A DNA stretch of 64,000 nt, from contig CM074511.1 in assembly GCA_037379345.1 (NCBI GenBank), positions 51,156,862-51,220,861 of the forward strand. The letters are read 5' to 3'. Made by a program: the position numbers and the translations under genes. The first letter of the stretch is position 1. Each line of letters begins with the position of its first letter. Below the pieces are notes generated by a model. It worked only from the letters and a program-made list of their open reading frames with translations. It searched no databases and was not told the origin of the DNA. The stretch comes from Perna viridis (lineage: Eukaryota). Below are positions 1 through 12,200 of this stretch, one piece after another.

Positions 1-938
1 ATATGGAGAGTAAAACAAAATCAAGAAATCAATGGTTTACCCAATAGAACCCCATAACGGGTCAAATTAAGTACACGCGACATGTAAACATTGAAAATAT
101 ATATTGAAAAAAAGTAATCGGTTTACCTGATAGAGCCCCATAACACGGATAAAATCGATGAAAAGTTTGAGTATGTCTGTAATAGGTGATGGCGATGGTC
201 GGCTATAAAAATCTAATTATAATAAAAATGAAAGACAATACATCATTCAAAAGCTATTAACGTTCCAAATGTAAACATCAATTGTAAACCTTACAATTGT
301 CAGGATAATCATTAGTGGTTAGTCAAAATTTCAAACTGAATACAAAAAATATTAAACATAATTAAACATAAATAATTAAAACAACGATGAAAATTAATGT
401 CCGAGAGGTGAACATTGCAAAATACGTCCTTACACCTGTAATGTTTTCATAAAGCACAATAAAAACGGTCAAAAATCAACATCTGTTTAAACCGTGACAT
501 CTACCTAAGTATTCAAATTGAACTATACAATCAATTGAACATCACAAAAAGAAAATTAGATCATAAAAAAATAAGTAAATTACACAAAAATAATTAAACT
601 GCACAAAAATAATCAAAACAATGATAAATGTATTCATAAAGTACAATACAAAGCCTCTTATATCAATACATTAAAAAAGCAGATATAGGACATCTGCTGA
701 AGCATTTATTCAAAGTGTCCATTCAATTTGACATTATTACAGAAAGACAATGAAATTACAAACAATTAATTTACAAAAACAATTAAAAAGCAATTAACGT
801 TAATGAAAATATAGAAATAAAAAAAGCAATATAAACAAAAAAAGATAACTCTTGTCATAATACACCTCCCTTTTTTATACTTACCTGTTTACACCATATT
901 ATATAATGACACTAATTAGGACACTTAATGAGGATACC

Positions 939-1902
939 TGTAACATGTTAAGGGTAAGGCTTTCAGACTTGATGTAAGGGTTCGGAAACCTATGGTTCTA
1001 CTCTAGCACTTTCTTTTCTTGTTTTCTTCATAGCTTGAGTGGAACATTAATGTGAATGCCGTAGACACTCACATTTACCTCATTATGTATATTTGTGCAT
1101 GCCATTGTTTGTTATTATATATTTTGGGAAAGTTCGTAAGTGTACAAGTTCCTCCTCACTGTTTCCCACCCGTAGTCAGGTCCCCTCTTCAGTTTGTTCA
1201 GTTTGTCCCTCCCATTCTAGCCCTGTTTCTCACTCGTCATTTCATGTGTAAGGGATATATTGTTACCCCAGAATAAGTTCCGTTCAGCCCGTTTCCTTTT
1301 TATTGTATCATGTACCGGTTAAATCATTGGGCGCCACCATCTTCTTCCGGTATTTTCCCTATTTATCGCTTTTGCGGCGTCTGTTACCATGACTGGGGGC
1401 ACTCAACCAATCAATAGTTCCAAGGGTCCCCAAGGGAATACAAAATCCACAACATCGTCTGCTTCTAGGAGACTGTGACCAGGGCTAGATACCAGGTTGA
1501 ATTATTTCCCTGTGTACGTACCCCATATATACATGTATACGATCGTAGTTCACCACCTGTTGACCTGACCCAGTTCCCATGACAATAATCATCCCGTTCC
1601 GCTATAGTAGTCATGTTCACTATTTATAAACAAACCAAATAGGGGGGTCCCTGATTATTCTCTAGCGCTCTGGTGGAATTTTTATAACATATAATTGATA
1701 TTGTTAGTTATATTTATGCTGTTTGTCCATAGGCATAATAAATAGTATATTAATTTGAATGGCTAATGTTCTTTACGAAACATGATGGTTGGAATCAGTG
1801 CCTTACCGTTTAGCTACCTTGGAGCTACCAGTGCATTTATAGTATAAAGTAAATTTTCTGTAGTGACAAAGACCATAGCCCTAACATATTAACACCGTGA
1901 CA
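939..1902. mobile_element. Probable solo LTR (LTR-retrotransposon remnant)
   Basis: 964-bp block, GC-richer than its flanks, bounded by TGTAAC (939) and GTGACA (1902), i.e. TG...CA with an imperfect terminal inverted repeat. No coding domain seen and no matching TSD found. Confidence 0.4.
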
Positions 1903-1988
1903 TAAACCAAAACTCCCCAACTTTACATTATTTATGTTTACACCATATTATATATACACTAATAAAGGACACTTAATGAGGATACCTT

Positions 1989-2246
1989 TGGAGGTCGTTT
2001 CCTCCCTCTCAACCTTTAAGGCTCTCCCTTCAGAGATCAAACGGACCCCTTGTTCCCCTTATTGGGCATGGATCCCCCACCTAAGTCCACTTCCGGTCAC
2101 CCAAGGTCCACTTCCGGTCATACCCAATAGTCACTTCCGGTCCACGGTCACCGGATATGACGTGATGCACATGCGCATTGGGGTGCTCCCCTGGCTCCCC
2201 CTGAAAAATGCGACCTAAAACCACCATGTATACTACTCATACTACT
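1989..2246. mobile_element. Probable Polinton/Maverick terminal inverted repeat remnant
   Basis: GC-rich block with three CACTTCCGGTC motifs ending in TACTACT-CAT-ACTACT, i.e. AGTAGT.. on the minus strand, the (AGT)n terminus type known for Polintons. No Polinton ORFs seen. Confidence 0.45.
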
Positions 2247-5200
2247 AAATATACTAAGTGTATTGAACAAAAGGAGTATGCATTTGCATAAATAGGCCAA
2301 CAAAATGAAAACAAAATTTAATAAGACTTTCCACTAACTTGTCTTTAAAGACGGCTGATGGTAATGTATAAGAAGTGAACTGAAGCCAATTTACTACAGT
2401 TATTAGAATACTAAGATCATAAATAGTGCTATAAGAAGCGTCTTACTGTATGATAAAGTGAACTATATTATTATTGCAAAAACCTCCACTTGACACGTCG
2501 TATATGTTTCATATTAAACTATTGGTACATCTGTGATAACTATCGTTACGTAATTCTATATAAAGGTTTGGTGGTGCCCTGGATTAGGATATTATTGGCA
2601 ACAGCCGTTGACTAGTGTGCATATTTTCTGACATATCTTCTTCTCTTAGATTAGTATACATAACCTTTACAACTGAAGCAAACCATAAATTGTAATATGT
2701 CTTAATAAAATATTACACAGAGAGCCGTTTAGTTTTTATTGTAAAACAAATTTCTTAAATCATCATCGTCGAGAAGATTTTTAAGAAATTAAAACGACCT
2801 CAATAGAGTCGTTGGTCTCGGATATTTTTAAGAATGCTGTCGATAAATAATACTTACAGTACTACTAGATTGTTGTTCCTGGTAGAAATAACTTTGTCCT
2901 TGGTTCAGTTGTGTTACTAAAGATAACATTTTTTAAAGTAATCACGTAACTACAAGGTCGTAACTAAATTTTTACTATGATGAGGCAGAAAGACTTCGGC
3001 AGGGGGGGGGGGCGGGGGGGGGCTAGGGGCACTCAAGGTTGTGTTTACACCCACTTTAAATCGCCATCTTTCAACCTCGACCGAAAAGTCATTACTGCTA
3101 TTAAGATCCACAGAAAATGCTTCCGACACTTGGCGTTAAATTATCGAGATGTTTAGGGATAAAAAAGTACCCCTTCATATGAAGCTTTCATATGAAGTTT
3201 CAGCTTGTCTGGAAATCGCCTCTGCATTACAATCTGATTCTGCAAACTTTCTCTTCAAAGATCCGGTTTTCAGTCAATTTTTCAGAGACATTGCTGCATG
3301 TTATAAAAGTTGTTAACATGACCGTTATGATCAAATGGCTGTCACTTTCGCAATGATCCCTGGCAGCACGTGGAAATGATGCGATTTAATTGACGGATTG
3401 TTGGTAAAGTTATTTGATGTCACGCAGTGAAGTTGGATATATAATTACCTTTCTCCCATTCCTAACCGGAAAATAAAAATGCACGTGCTTTTTTAACCAC
3501 CGGTTGATGATTAAATTTCTGCGAGTGTTTCCCGCTATTTTAAATTATCCGAATTTCCGACAGATTTCACGGGAGAAACCGATTCTCTCTCAGCCTAATC
3601 TTGATTAAGAAATATAATCCATTCCGTCATGTTTTACCACGGGCTGGCCATTAATGTCGCATTGTTTTACCCCGAGCGATATTGATGTGTTAATTAGCGT
3701 CATAAATGGTCAACCCGTGGTAGACTGTTGAATGATAATACAAAACTCAGTAGCTTATCGTATTGACTTATGCTTCATCAGATCGGTTATTTCAAATTGG
3801 ACAACTCTGTCTCTTATTCCTATAGGGAACAATTTTATTCCGATAAAATTTTAATAATAGGATATGGTTAACCAAATTTAGAGTTTCCAAATTACATATA
3901 CCTATAGTAATAGGAAGGCACCTTATGTGAAACGGTTTTGATGATGAATTTCATTTGCTATTTGTTTGTCAGCATGAAGTCATCGTAAATTATCAAAATA
4001 AGCTATTACCAAATTATTATATAAAAAAATCGAAGTTTATCTAAAATACAAGGTACTTATAAAGGAGTATGTTCAGAAAATATCAAAATCAGCCCCAAAA
4101 ACTAAAGTATTTCAAATAAATTTGAAAATTGCATAATTTACTAGTTGAATGTTTGACTTTCGTGAAAAACAAAGTTTCATTGCTGTTAATGTATGTGTTG
4201 CACTAGAATTGTTGAGGTAAATTACAAAATTTGAAAATCTAGCCGAATTGTATTAAAATAGCTTATTTCATGAGACATTTTTATGTAAAAATATACGGCG
4301 CATTTATCGAACTCTTTGATATGTCTACAAAAATTACCGTCTGTACCATTACAACCCCTGACAAAAAATTTTGTTGTTCATAGCTTGCGCTCTCTATTTT
4401 TAGATTAAAAAACTGCCCATAATTCTCTCATTTTTGTGAAAATTCTTCAAAAACTGTGTAGGTGTAGAGTTTTGTGCCCTCCTTATGAAAAAATTATCAC
4501 GCAACAGCATGTATTTTCTGTATATTCAAATAGTATTTTAGCTTTAAAATAGGCAAATAGTAAATTTCAAAAAGTAAGTTGAAACTTTGGCAAAATAGTA
4601 GGCCAGAAACTTGTGTTAGTGAAATTACCCCTTTGTACTGTGGAATTTTATAAAAGACTCGATCGCAATTTTAAGTGGAGTCCGAGTTGCTCATTTGCTT
4701 TTGTTACTTTATATGTATTATTTAAGTTACTTTATGTTCTTTGTTGTGTTTGTCTGTTTTCCATGTCTGGTCTTTGTCCCTGGATTATTTTCTTTTTATG
4801 TTTTGATAACTGCAGTGTTTATGAATATTTAATTGCATTGATGGCTTTTCATTTATTTTTAATTTTTTTTTTCATATTTTCTAACTATAACGATTTTGTT
4901 TTCTTTTATGATTCCAGTATGTCATTACTGTATTTCACATGCTCACCTTACATATATGATATGTCTGAGTTAAATGATCAATCTAATCTAATCTAGACTC
5001 AGATAAAATGGAGTTTCCGTGATTTATTTCGATTCGAATAGGAGAAGTTGATCTTCACAACCATTTACCTTTTGCACTTACTGACCTTGTCAAATGCTAT
5101 TGTCGAAGTTTTTATCATGATTTTTGTTATGTACACTTGTTGATCTTCCATTTGATATGCAACAACCCTGCTTTCTATGAACTTTATCATTTTGCACTGA

Positions 5201-6293
5201 CATGTATTAACCCAACTCAGATTTTTTTTTTCGGTAAAACGAAATTTATATTTGTGATAGGCACGATACGACCTTTCATTTGATGCAACAAATTAACCAT
5301 ATGAAACTTTAATTTTTTGCACTCATTGGCCCCAATCAACCCATTTTCTGGCGACAAAACATCAATATTTCGGATGTACGCTTTATCTGATACCTGACAA
5401 CTTTACCTTGAAAGAACTTTTTATATTTGCACTTAATGATCCTACCCTTCGAACATGTATGAAATACCGGGTTTGAAACTTTGATTTTTAAAATGTGCTC
5501 ATTTAGACCTTCAAAATCATATATTCCATGACTCTCTTCGACGAAGTTGAAAAAAGATGCAATATCAGTTCTATAAATAGGTACTGATGAAACATGCAAA
5601 ACCATTATTAAATATGAAATTTTCAAGTTGTTATAGTTTCCTTGTCTTTTGTTGATGATCCTTGGTATTAAAACAAACACATGCACTTGAGTAGATGTTT
5701 CATTCTGTGTAAAAATTTTAAGTGTGTATGTTGTGGGTTGTTAAATATATACCCAAGCTTTATAGTACTAAAGTTTCAATAGATCCAAAACAAGACATCT
5801 GAAATCTGAAAACTGTATGATAGTTTGCAGAACATAGACATTACGTTGATAGAAATATTAGGGTATTTCACAGCTCATTGCTTGGCACAATTAATAATTA
5901 AAATATGATGCAATAACAAATTCCAGAATCAGAAGTCGCAGTGACATGAAACTACCATCATACACCTTAAGATCGCCTGACATTGAAAACACTTACAAGG
6001 TCAATTACATACAATCATGTCAAGGACACAAACGTTACCATGTGAAACAATTAAATTGAGCTCATCATATGCTGCATGCATGCACTTATCTCTTATCGTA
6101 TTCTTAATATCAAGACCTGACATTTGCAGTGAGAAGACTTTTTAGCACCTTCGACCTTGGGTGCAAATGAAAGGTCAAATGGACCACAGATCATTGGCGA
6201 CGGTCTTGTGTCTCTACGACTTCCGGTTCTCAAAATATAAATTTTCAAAAGTTAAGTATGATAGTTCAAGGGATTTAACTCCTTTAAGGCTTG

Positions 6294-6732
6294 GGTCTCA
6301 CTAACCACTTCCGGGTCAAATAGCCACCCCCTATGTAGTATCAAAAACACACTGAACCTAGACATATGCATTGTAAGTGCATTATTTGTGTGTATTATGA
6401 TTAAAAGTAGTCAAAATAAAGCTGAGAATGTGTACTTTAAAATCATATATGTAATTAACTACAAAAGTGTATGAATATTGTTTACATGTGTGAGTAATTT
6501 GCCTCCATGCTGTCAGTTAGCAGAACAGGTAAAAATGTGGATTTTCAGTATTATTTATTCAAGTAAATTTTGTGAAGAATTAGCATAATGATTTTGGAAG
6601 CCTTATTTTCCAAGCTTTACAACGGTATGCAGCTTTAAGATGTCATTTGTCCTGGGAATTTACAGTGAGACATTGAAAATTACTTTTTTAACATGTAAAG
6701 TAATGGAAACGTTAGAAGTGGTTAGTGAGACC
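6294..6732. mobile_element. MITE-like element with 18-bp perfect inverted repeat
   Basis: GGTCTCACTAACCACTTC (6294-6311) and GAAGTGGTTAGTGAGACC (6715-6732); non-coding interior. Confidence 0.5.
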
Positions 6733-7189
6733 TTGATAACAAAATACATGTTTGTTTATTCATTAGGTCATCTGTTTGTGTACTTGTAACAGTTTTCAGA
6801 TTTATTCTATCTATTATGTTTTTTAAGATATGATGGGTTAAAAAATGCTTCGAAGGGGCATAACTCTTGAAGGAAATGATGAAATCCTTAGAAGGGTGAT
6901 CTGCTTATAGAACATAATGATATCTACATGTTAACCATGTGTAATTATGATATCCTTAAAAATGTAGAGGGGACCATGTTGAAAACGCCAATAAAGGGGA
7001 GATAACTTCTATAATGGATGATAAAATGCTTAATAGAGTCAACCTTTAAAAGTCCAAATAAGATCTATCGATGGCCCAAATTATGTAAAGATATCTTGAA
7101 AGATGACGAAACGGGGACATGTCAAGGTGAATGTTGGAAGAAAAAAAAAACAGACGATACACATAAGGTCTTTCCCATGTAAGGAAAAA

Positions 7190-7522
7190 GTTAATAGGGA
7201 ATTCGTGAAAAGTTCATTCAATTTCCGTCAGTGGTATGAGAAGTAACGGATAAGAGATGGTCCCCCCTTGTCACCATATTAACAAATGACCAAGTCCATG
7301 TTTTGCTATGTGAACCCCCTAACTGATTCGGACAAAAATCTAAAATAAAGGATGCACAATGGGCATATGTGATAAAAAATCTGTGAAAATTTCATTACAA
7401 TCCATTTAATGGTATAAGAGAAGTAACGGATAAGAGATGCCCTACTCCTGTGTAACGGAAGGACGGACGGACATCCCTATCACTATATACCCCCACTTTG
7501 CATAAAAGTGAGGGTCTAATAA
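7190..7522 (-). mobile_element. Helentron/HINE-like non-autonomous element fragment
   Basis: Internal repeat GAGAAGTAACGGATAAGAGATG twice, GACG microsatellite (ggacggacggac), and a terminal hairpin (ccactttgcataaaagtg). Boundaries approximate. Confidence 0.4.
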
Positions 7523-9210
7523 AGTCGCATTTTTGGGACGCAGCACTTTTGATCCCTTTTTACTCGAAAATAGTAAGAGATATTTGAAATCTAATTGGAA
7601 TTTTTCATAAAATTTTCATAAGGAATCCAATAAAAAATCGTTTTCTTTGGGTGTGGCCACTTTGACTCCTTATTACTTGAAAACGGCAAAAGTCATCTCA
7701 TATCTGATTGAAAAACGCAGGCAGGGGTTTTCATAAGGATTCCAACAGAACAATTTCGAACTTGGACCAAAAATTTTAAAAAGTAGATTATTTTGGCGGG
7801 AACCATTTTTGTACCCTTTTGACACTAAAACGGTTAAAATATAAGCCTGTAAAAAAATTCAAAAGGCATAATTTCAAAATGAACAGATTGATATATCAAT
7901 CATATAAAACTGGATCAACAAAAAGCTTTTCTATTCAATTCCAAAGATAATACTAACTCCCGCCTTTTAGAAGGGGTGGAGCAAAAACCTCCAAAAGCTA
8001 CAGACTCCCATCCTGCCATGTTCCTAGAAACAATGTTTTGAAATATCGAAAAAGATTGGATGAGTTTTCGTTAATAAAATTAACGGATGCCAACGATGAC
8101 GGCAATGACGATGACGCCGACAGGGGATACTACCATACGACAGAAAACAAATTGTTTTGTGGTCGAATAAATAGTTCAAGTCTCAACTCGTTAAATCAAT
8201 CAAAGCCATCATTTGGTGGTACGGCACACTATTATACAATTTTAAAGCAATCCATTCACTAATAGTACAGTTATTGTCTGGACATCAGAATATGTATGTT
8301 TCTGCCCCCTTTTTTTTGTGTCTTATTTCCAAAATGTGCATGTTATAACCCCCAAAACAAAACCAGTCTGGCAGTTGTGGTATAGAACATTGTGGGATAA
8401 CATCATATACATTTCTATGCTTTTAAAGTCCATGAAATGCTTGTTTTGGTCCCTAATTCTAAAACGGATAGGGCCATAACCCGCAAATTCTGTGTGGTCG
8501 TATAAAAAATATGGCAATTAACTGTAGGAAAAATGGAGATGAAAGTGATAGTGTTATTATGTTGAACGTGTTTTATAGAAAAGATGGGCCATGTTCTACA
8601 TTATGATTACTGTGGTGAGAAATAAATTGTCCTCATAGCAATAATAAACTATATATATCACAACCACATATTGTGGTCGAGCTCTTATTATTCTGACAGA
8701 CTGAAAATTCTTGAGGAGTCTTCCTGCCACAAAAGCTATAAGCATGATTTATTAAGACCATGATTTATTAAGACCATTTAAAGAGTATTTCATAAGCAGC
8801 ATCAGAAGTTCAATATGGCTTGTGTTTGTTTGAAGTTTCTATTTTTAAAGACATCCATGAAACATTTTTTTTTGTGTAAGAGGTTCTTAAGCTGAAGCCA
8901 ACTTTCCTACGTTTATGACCTATGACCAAGAGTTTTTTATATGTAGAGTCTTCGTTACTTGTTTTAGTTGCTTACGCTCATCTACCATTTTTTGTATCAT
9001 TCCTTTAACTCAAAAACTAAAAAAATCACTGTTATTATTAAGCCTGCATCAATTTTAATTTCAAATGTTAATTTCGAAGTCTGGGTAGCACTATGGACGT
9101 GTAATTATACAGGTATTTGATAATAATAAATAGTAACTGACAAATATGGCACGAAACTCCCTCTCCAAAATCTAGTCTAGGAAGTCTAAATCAAATTAAT
9201 CTGTCGACAT

Positions 9211-12200
9211 CTACAGCCGGGATGATAATGTCATCGAATTTTTAAGGAAGGTAACTACTTCCCCAGCACATCCCCAGTGTAAAGTTACACCTGCTCCACT
9301 GTGCCCATGGTTATGTATTACCTGCAAACAAATGATAACTTTCCATCATAGTGAAAGAAGCTAACTTGAAGAATTGCTATGATTGGTATTTTTTGTACTG
9401 GAAAACCTGGTACTTTTCCTAAAGACGAAAATTAGCATGTTTTTTTTTTCTTAAATATTAAGTTTGGTATCTCAAAATAAGTCAATTCATTAAGTTAAAA
9501 TGATTAAGAGTTGATTTGAACTTTTATTTGAAGTGATTAGAACGTAGCATGACCACCATGTATTAATATCATGAATAAAAAGCAAAGCTTACAATTGATT
9601 TTCCTCGTTTTTCTTCCTCTAATCGTACTTTTGTTCTATTTGGTCGCAGTCCAACCCAATCTGCTACTTTTTGCGCATTCTACAATTTTAAATTAAAAAC
9701 TTCTTTATCAATCAAATCCTTTTTCATCATTTTGAACAAAAATACCTTTACACATAACAGTCTCACACAAAATGGCAAAAAAACAATTGAAGTTGAATTC
9801 AAAGACATACACCACAATCCACAGAGGCTTATACAAGAATAACTATAGAAGGAAAACTACAAATATTTCATTGGATTGTTTAATCCTCTAGCAAAACTGT
9901 TTCAAACAAAACACAGTGAGTTTAAAAGTGATTGGTTTTCAATGGAAAATAATCAGTATATTTTTTTAAATCTAGGAAATCGAGTGTTTTTCTTAAAAAA
10001 GCAATCGAAAAAATTCACTGTGGAGATAGAAATACCATAATGAAAAAAGTGTGATGATGATTATTGTTAATTGTTCAGGATTACTTGGAGAAATACAACA
10101 TTGCTCAAAATGTTTCTATGTAAATACAAAATACCAATCATATGTATTGGAAATTTCCATATGCTATACACGTGCTTCAATGAGTAATCATCAATATGAA
10201 AAAATATAACGGAAAGGAGTACTCAAATCCAAACCTACTGAAATAGGGAGCAGAATCCATCATGAAGAGGTTCTATAATGTGTAAATACAAAGAATAAAG
10301 CATCAGTCTTTTAAGTACTAGGTACTTTTAAATTTGTAATACTGCAAATTTGGATAACTATGATAAATAAAGTCTGATACAATTCGGAGTCTGACAAGTG
10401 GATTGCTTAATATCCTCGGCGACTTTGGTTTGACATCATCAACGCATAATTACGATTTCAAAAAAAAAATATAGAATAGAATGTTTACAAACCTTGAGAC
10501 TTGGTATAAGGTTAACACATTCATCCCATATCCTTTTCTGGTCATATTCAGAGACATCTGTACTCCAGTTCCCCTCCTGACTTGTCCCACCTAATGTCAC
10601 ATAGTCTCGTCTACAAAAAAAACAAGATTGCTGAAAAAGAGCATATATTGATGAATGCTGTAAGTTCAAATGAGTACCTAAGGCACTGTAAAATGCTGGA
10701 TAATTCCTTCAAAGTTTTAGAACCTCTAAAAAATTGGGCAGGGATCCCCTATGCCCTGTTATCCCAATAGGTCTGAGGGGAAATTAGCTTAGTATACATT
10801 TCCTAACAAAAAAACATAAAATGAAGTTAAACCATGGGTATACAACATTTTCATCATAACAATTCAACGCAGGAGACCATGTTTATTTTAGACACCAAAT
10901 ATCGTTGAAATCAAAGCAAGTAAAAAATTATACTAAATTGTCAAATACAGGAAATGCTTTCAATAGCATTTTAAAATCCTGAACCAGAATTTTGCTAAAG
11001 GCAACAGTTTTTAATTACTTTCAATTTTCTTCCGACCCCTATGTTCCGTTTTTTTTTTTTTTTTTTTTTTGTATAGGCAGCCATATCTATTCACAAATTA
11101 AAATTTACAAGTCATTTCGAGCACAACACACTAAAGAACCAATATGCTTATTTTCATTAAATGATCTTAAATGTTGTTTGAGAAGATTTTCAAAGTTGTA
11201 CATTTGAAAAAAATTAAGAATTGCTTCAAGAACCATTACTCCTACATCAGTTAACGAACCGTTTCAAAAATTTCGGCAATTGTCGGTCTCATGATGCTGA
11301 ACAATTTTACCCTGCAAAAAGTTTGCTAAAGGCAACGGTTTTTGAGTTATTTGCAAAAACGGCCTTCTGACCCCTATGTTCTATTTTAGTAACGGCAGCC
11401 ATGTTTTTTTTTCACAAATTAAACATCCCAACAATAATTTTGTGTGGGATACCCTAAGAAACAAAAAGGCCACCATTCAATGAATTCAGTATTGTGGTTT
11501 TGGAGGAGAAGATTTGCAAAGTTGCACATGAAAAAATGGCAAAAAACTGTTTCTGGCGCCGTAACTCTTACATCTCGAAAACAACAGAAAAGCTATTCCA
11601 ATTTGTCCTGAAGTACCTGTGACATAAATATCTTTTGACTGCTTATATAGGTAAAAAGTGATGGACAATTTTCCCGCCTTTTATCCACAGAGCATTCAAT
11701 TTAATTATACCTTTCAATATCTTAAAAAGGCAAAATAAACAAACACTATGACGTACAAATACTTGATTAAAGTAAAACAATCCCTGTCGGTTTTTTTTCT
11801 TGGTGTTCCACACCTTGTACACATATTGCCTGATTCTTAGACAGAGAAGTATTTAAAACGTCATCATGCCAACGGATACAACAGAAGGATCTGCACTTAC
11901 AATGATGATGATGATGATTATGAAGCAAATAAGCATAATGAATGGTATTTTATAAAAAGGAAATTCATAGTAACAGTTTGCAAAATAAACAAATGCACTA
12001 AAAATATATTAGAAGAACAGTATGCTATGGAGTTCACCCCCCCCCACAAAGATTCCCCAAACTGGTTGAAAATGCAGTTAAAATATACTGCCACTATAGA
12101 GAGATAGTGGATAACCATAACCATAAATCAGTGCTATCATCTTTTAGTCTCTAGCGAAGACAATGATTAAGATTTACCGTCTATGTACTGGATTCCTAAA

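Noticed and set aside
3001-3030. G-run that could form a G-quadruplex
   Set aside because: Isolated homopolymer in repeat-derived intergenic DNA with no functional context; run length may be unreliable.
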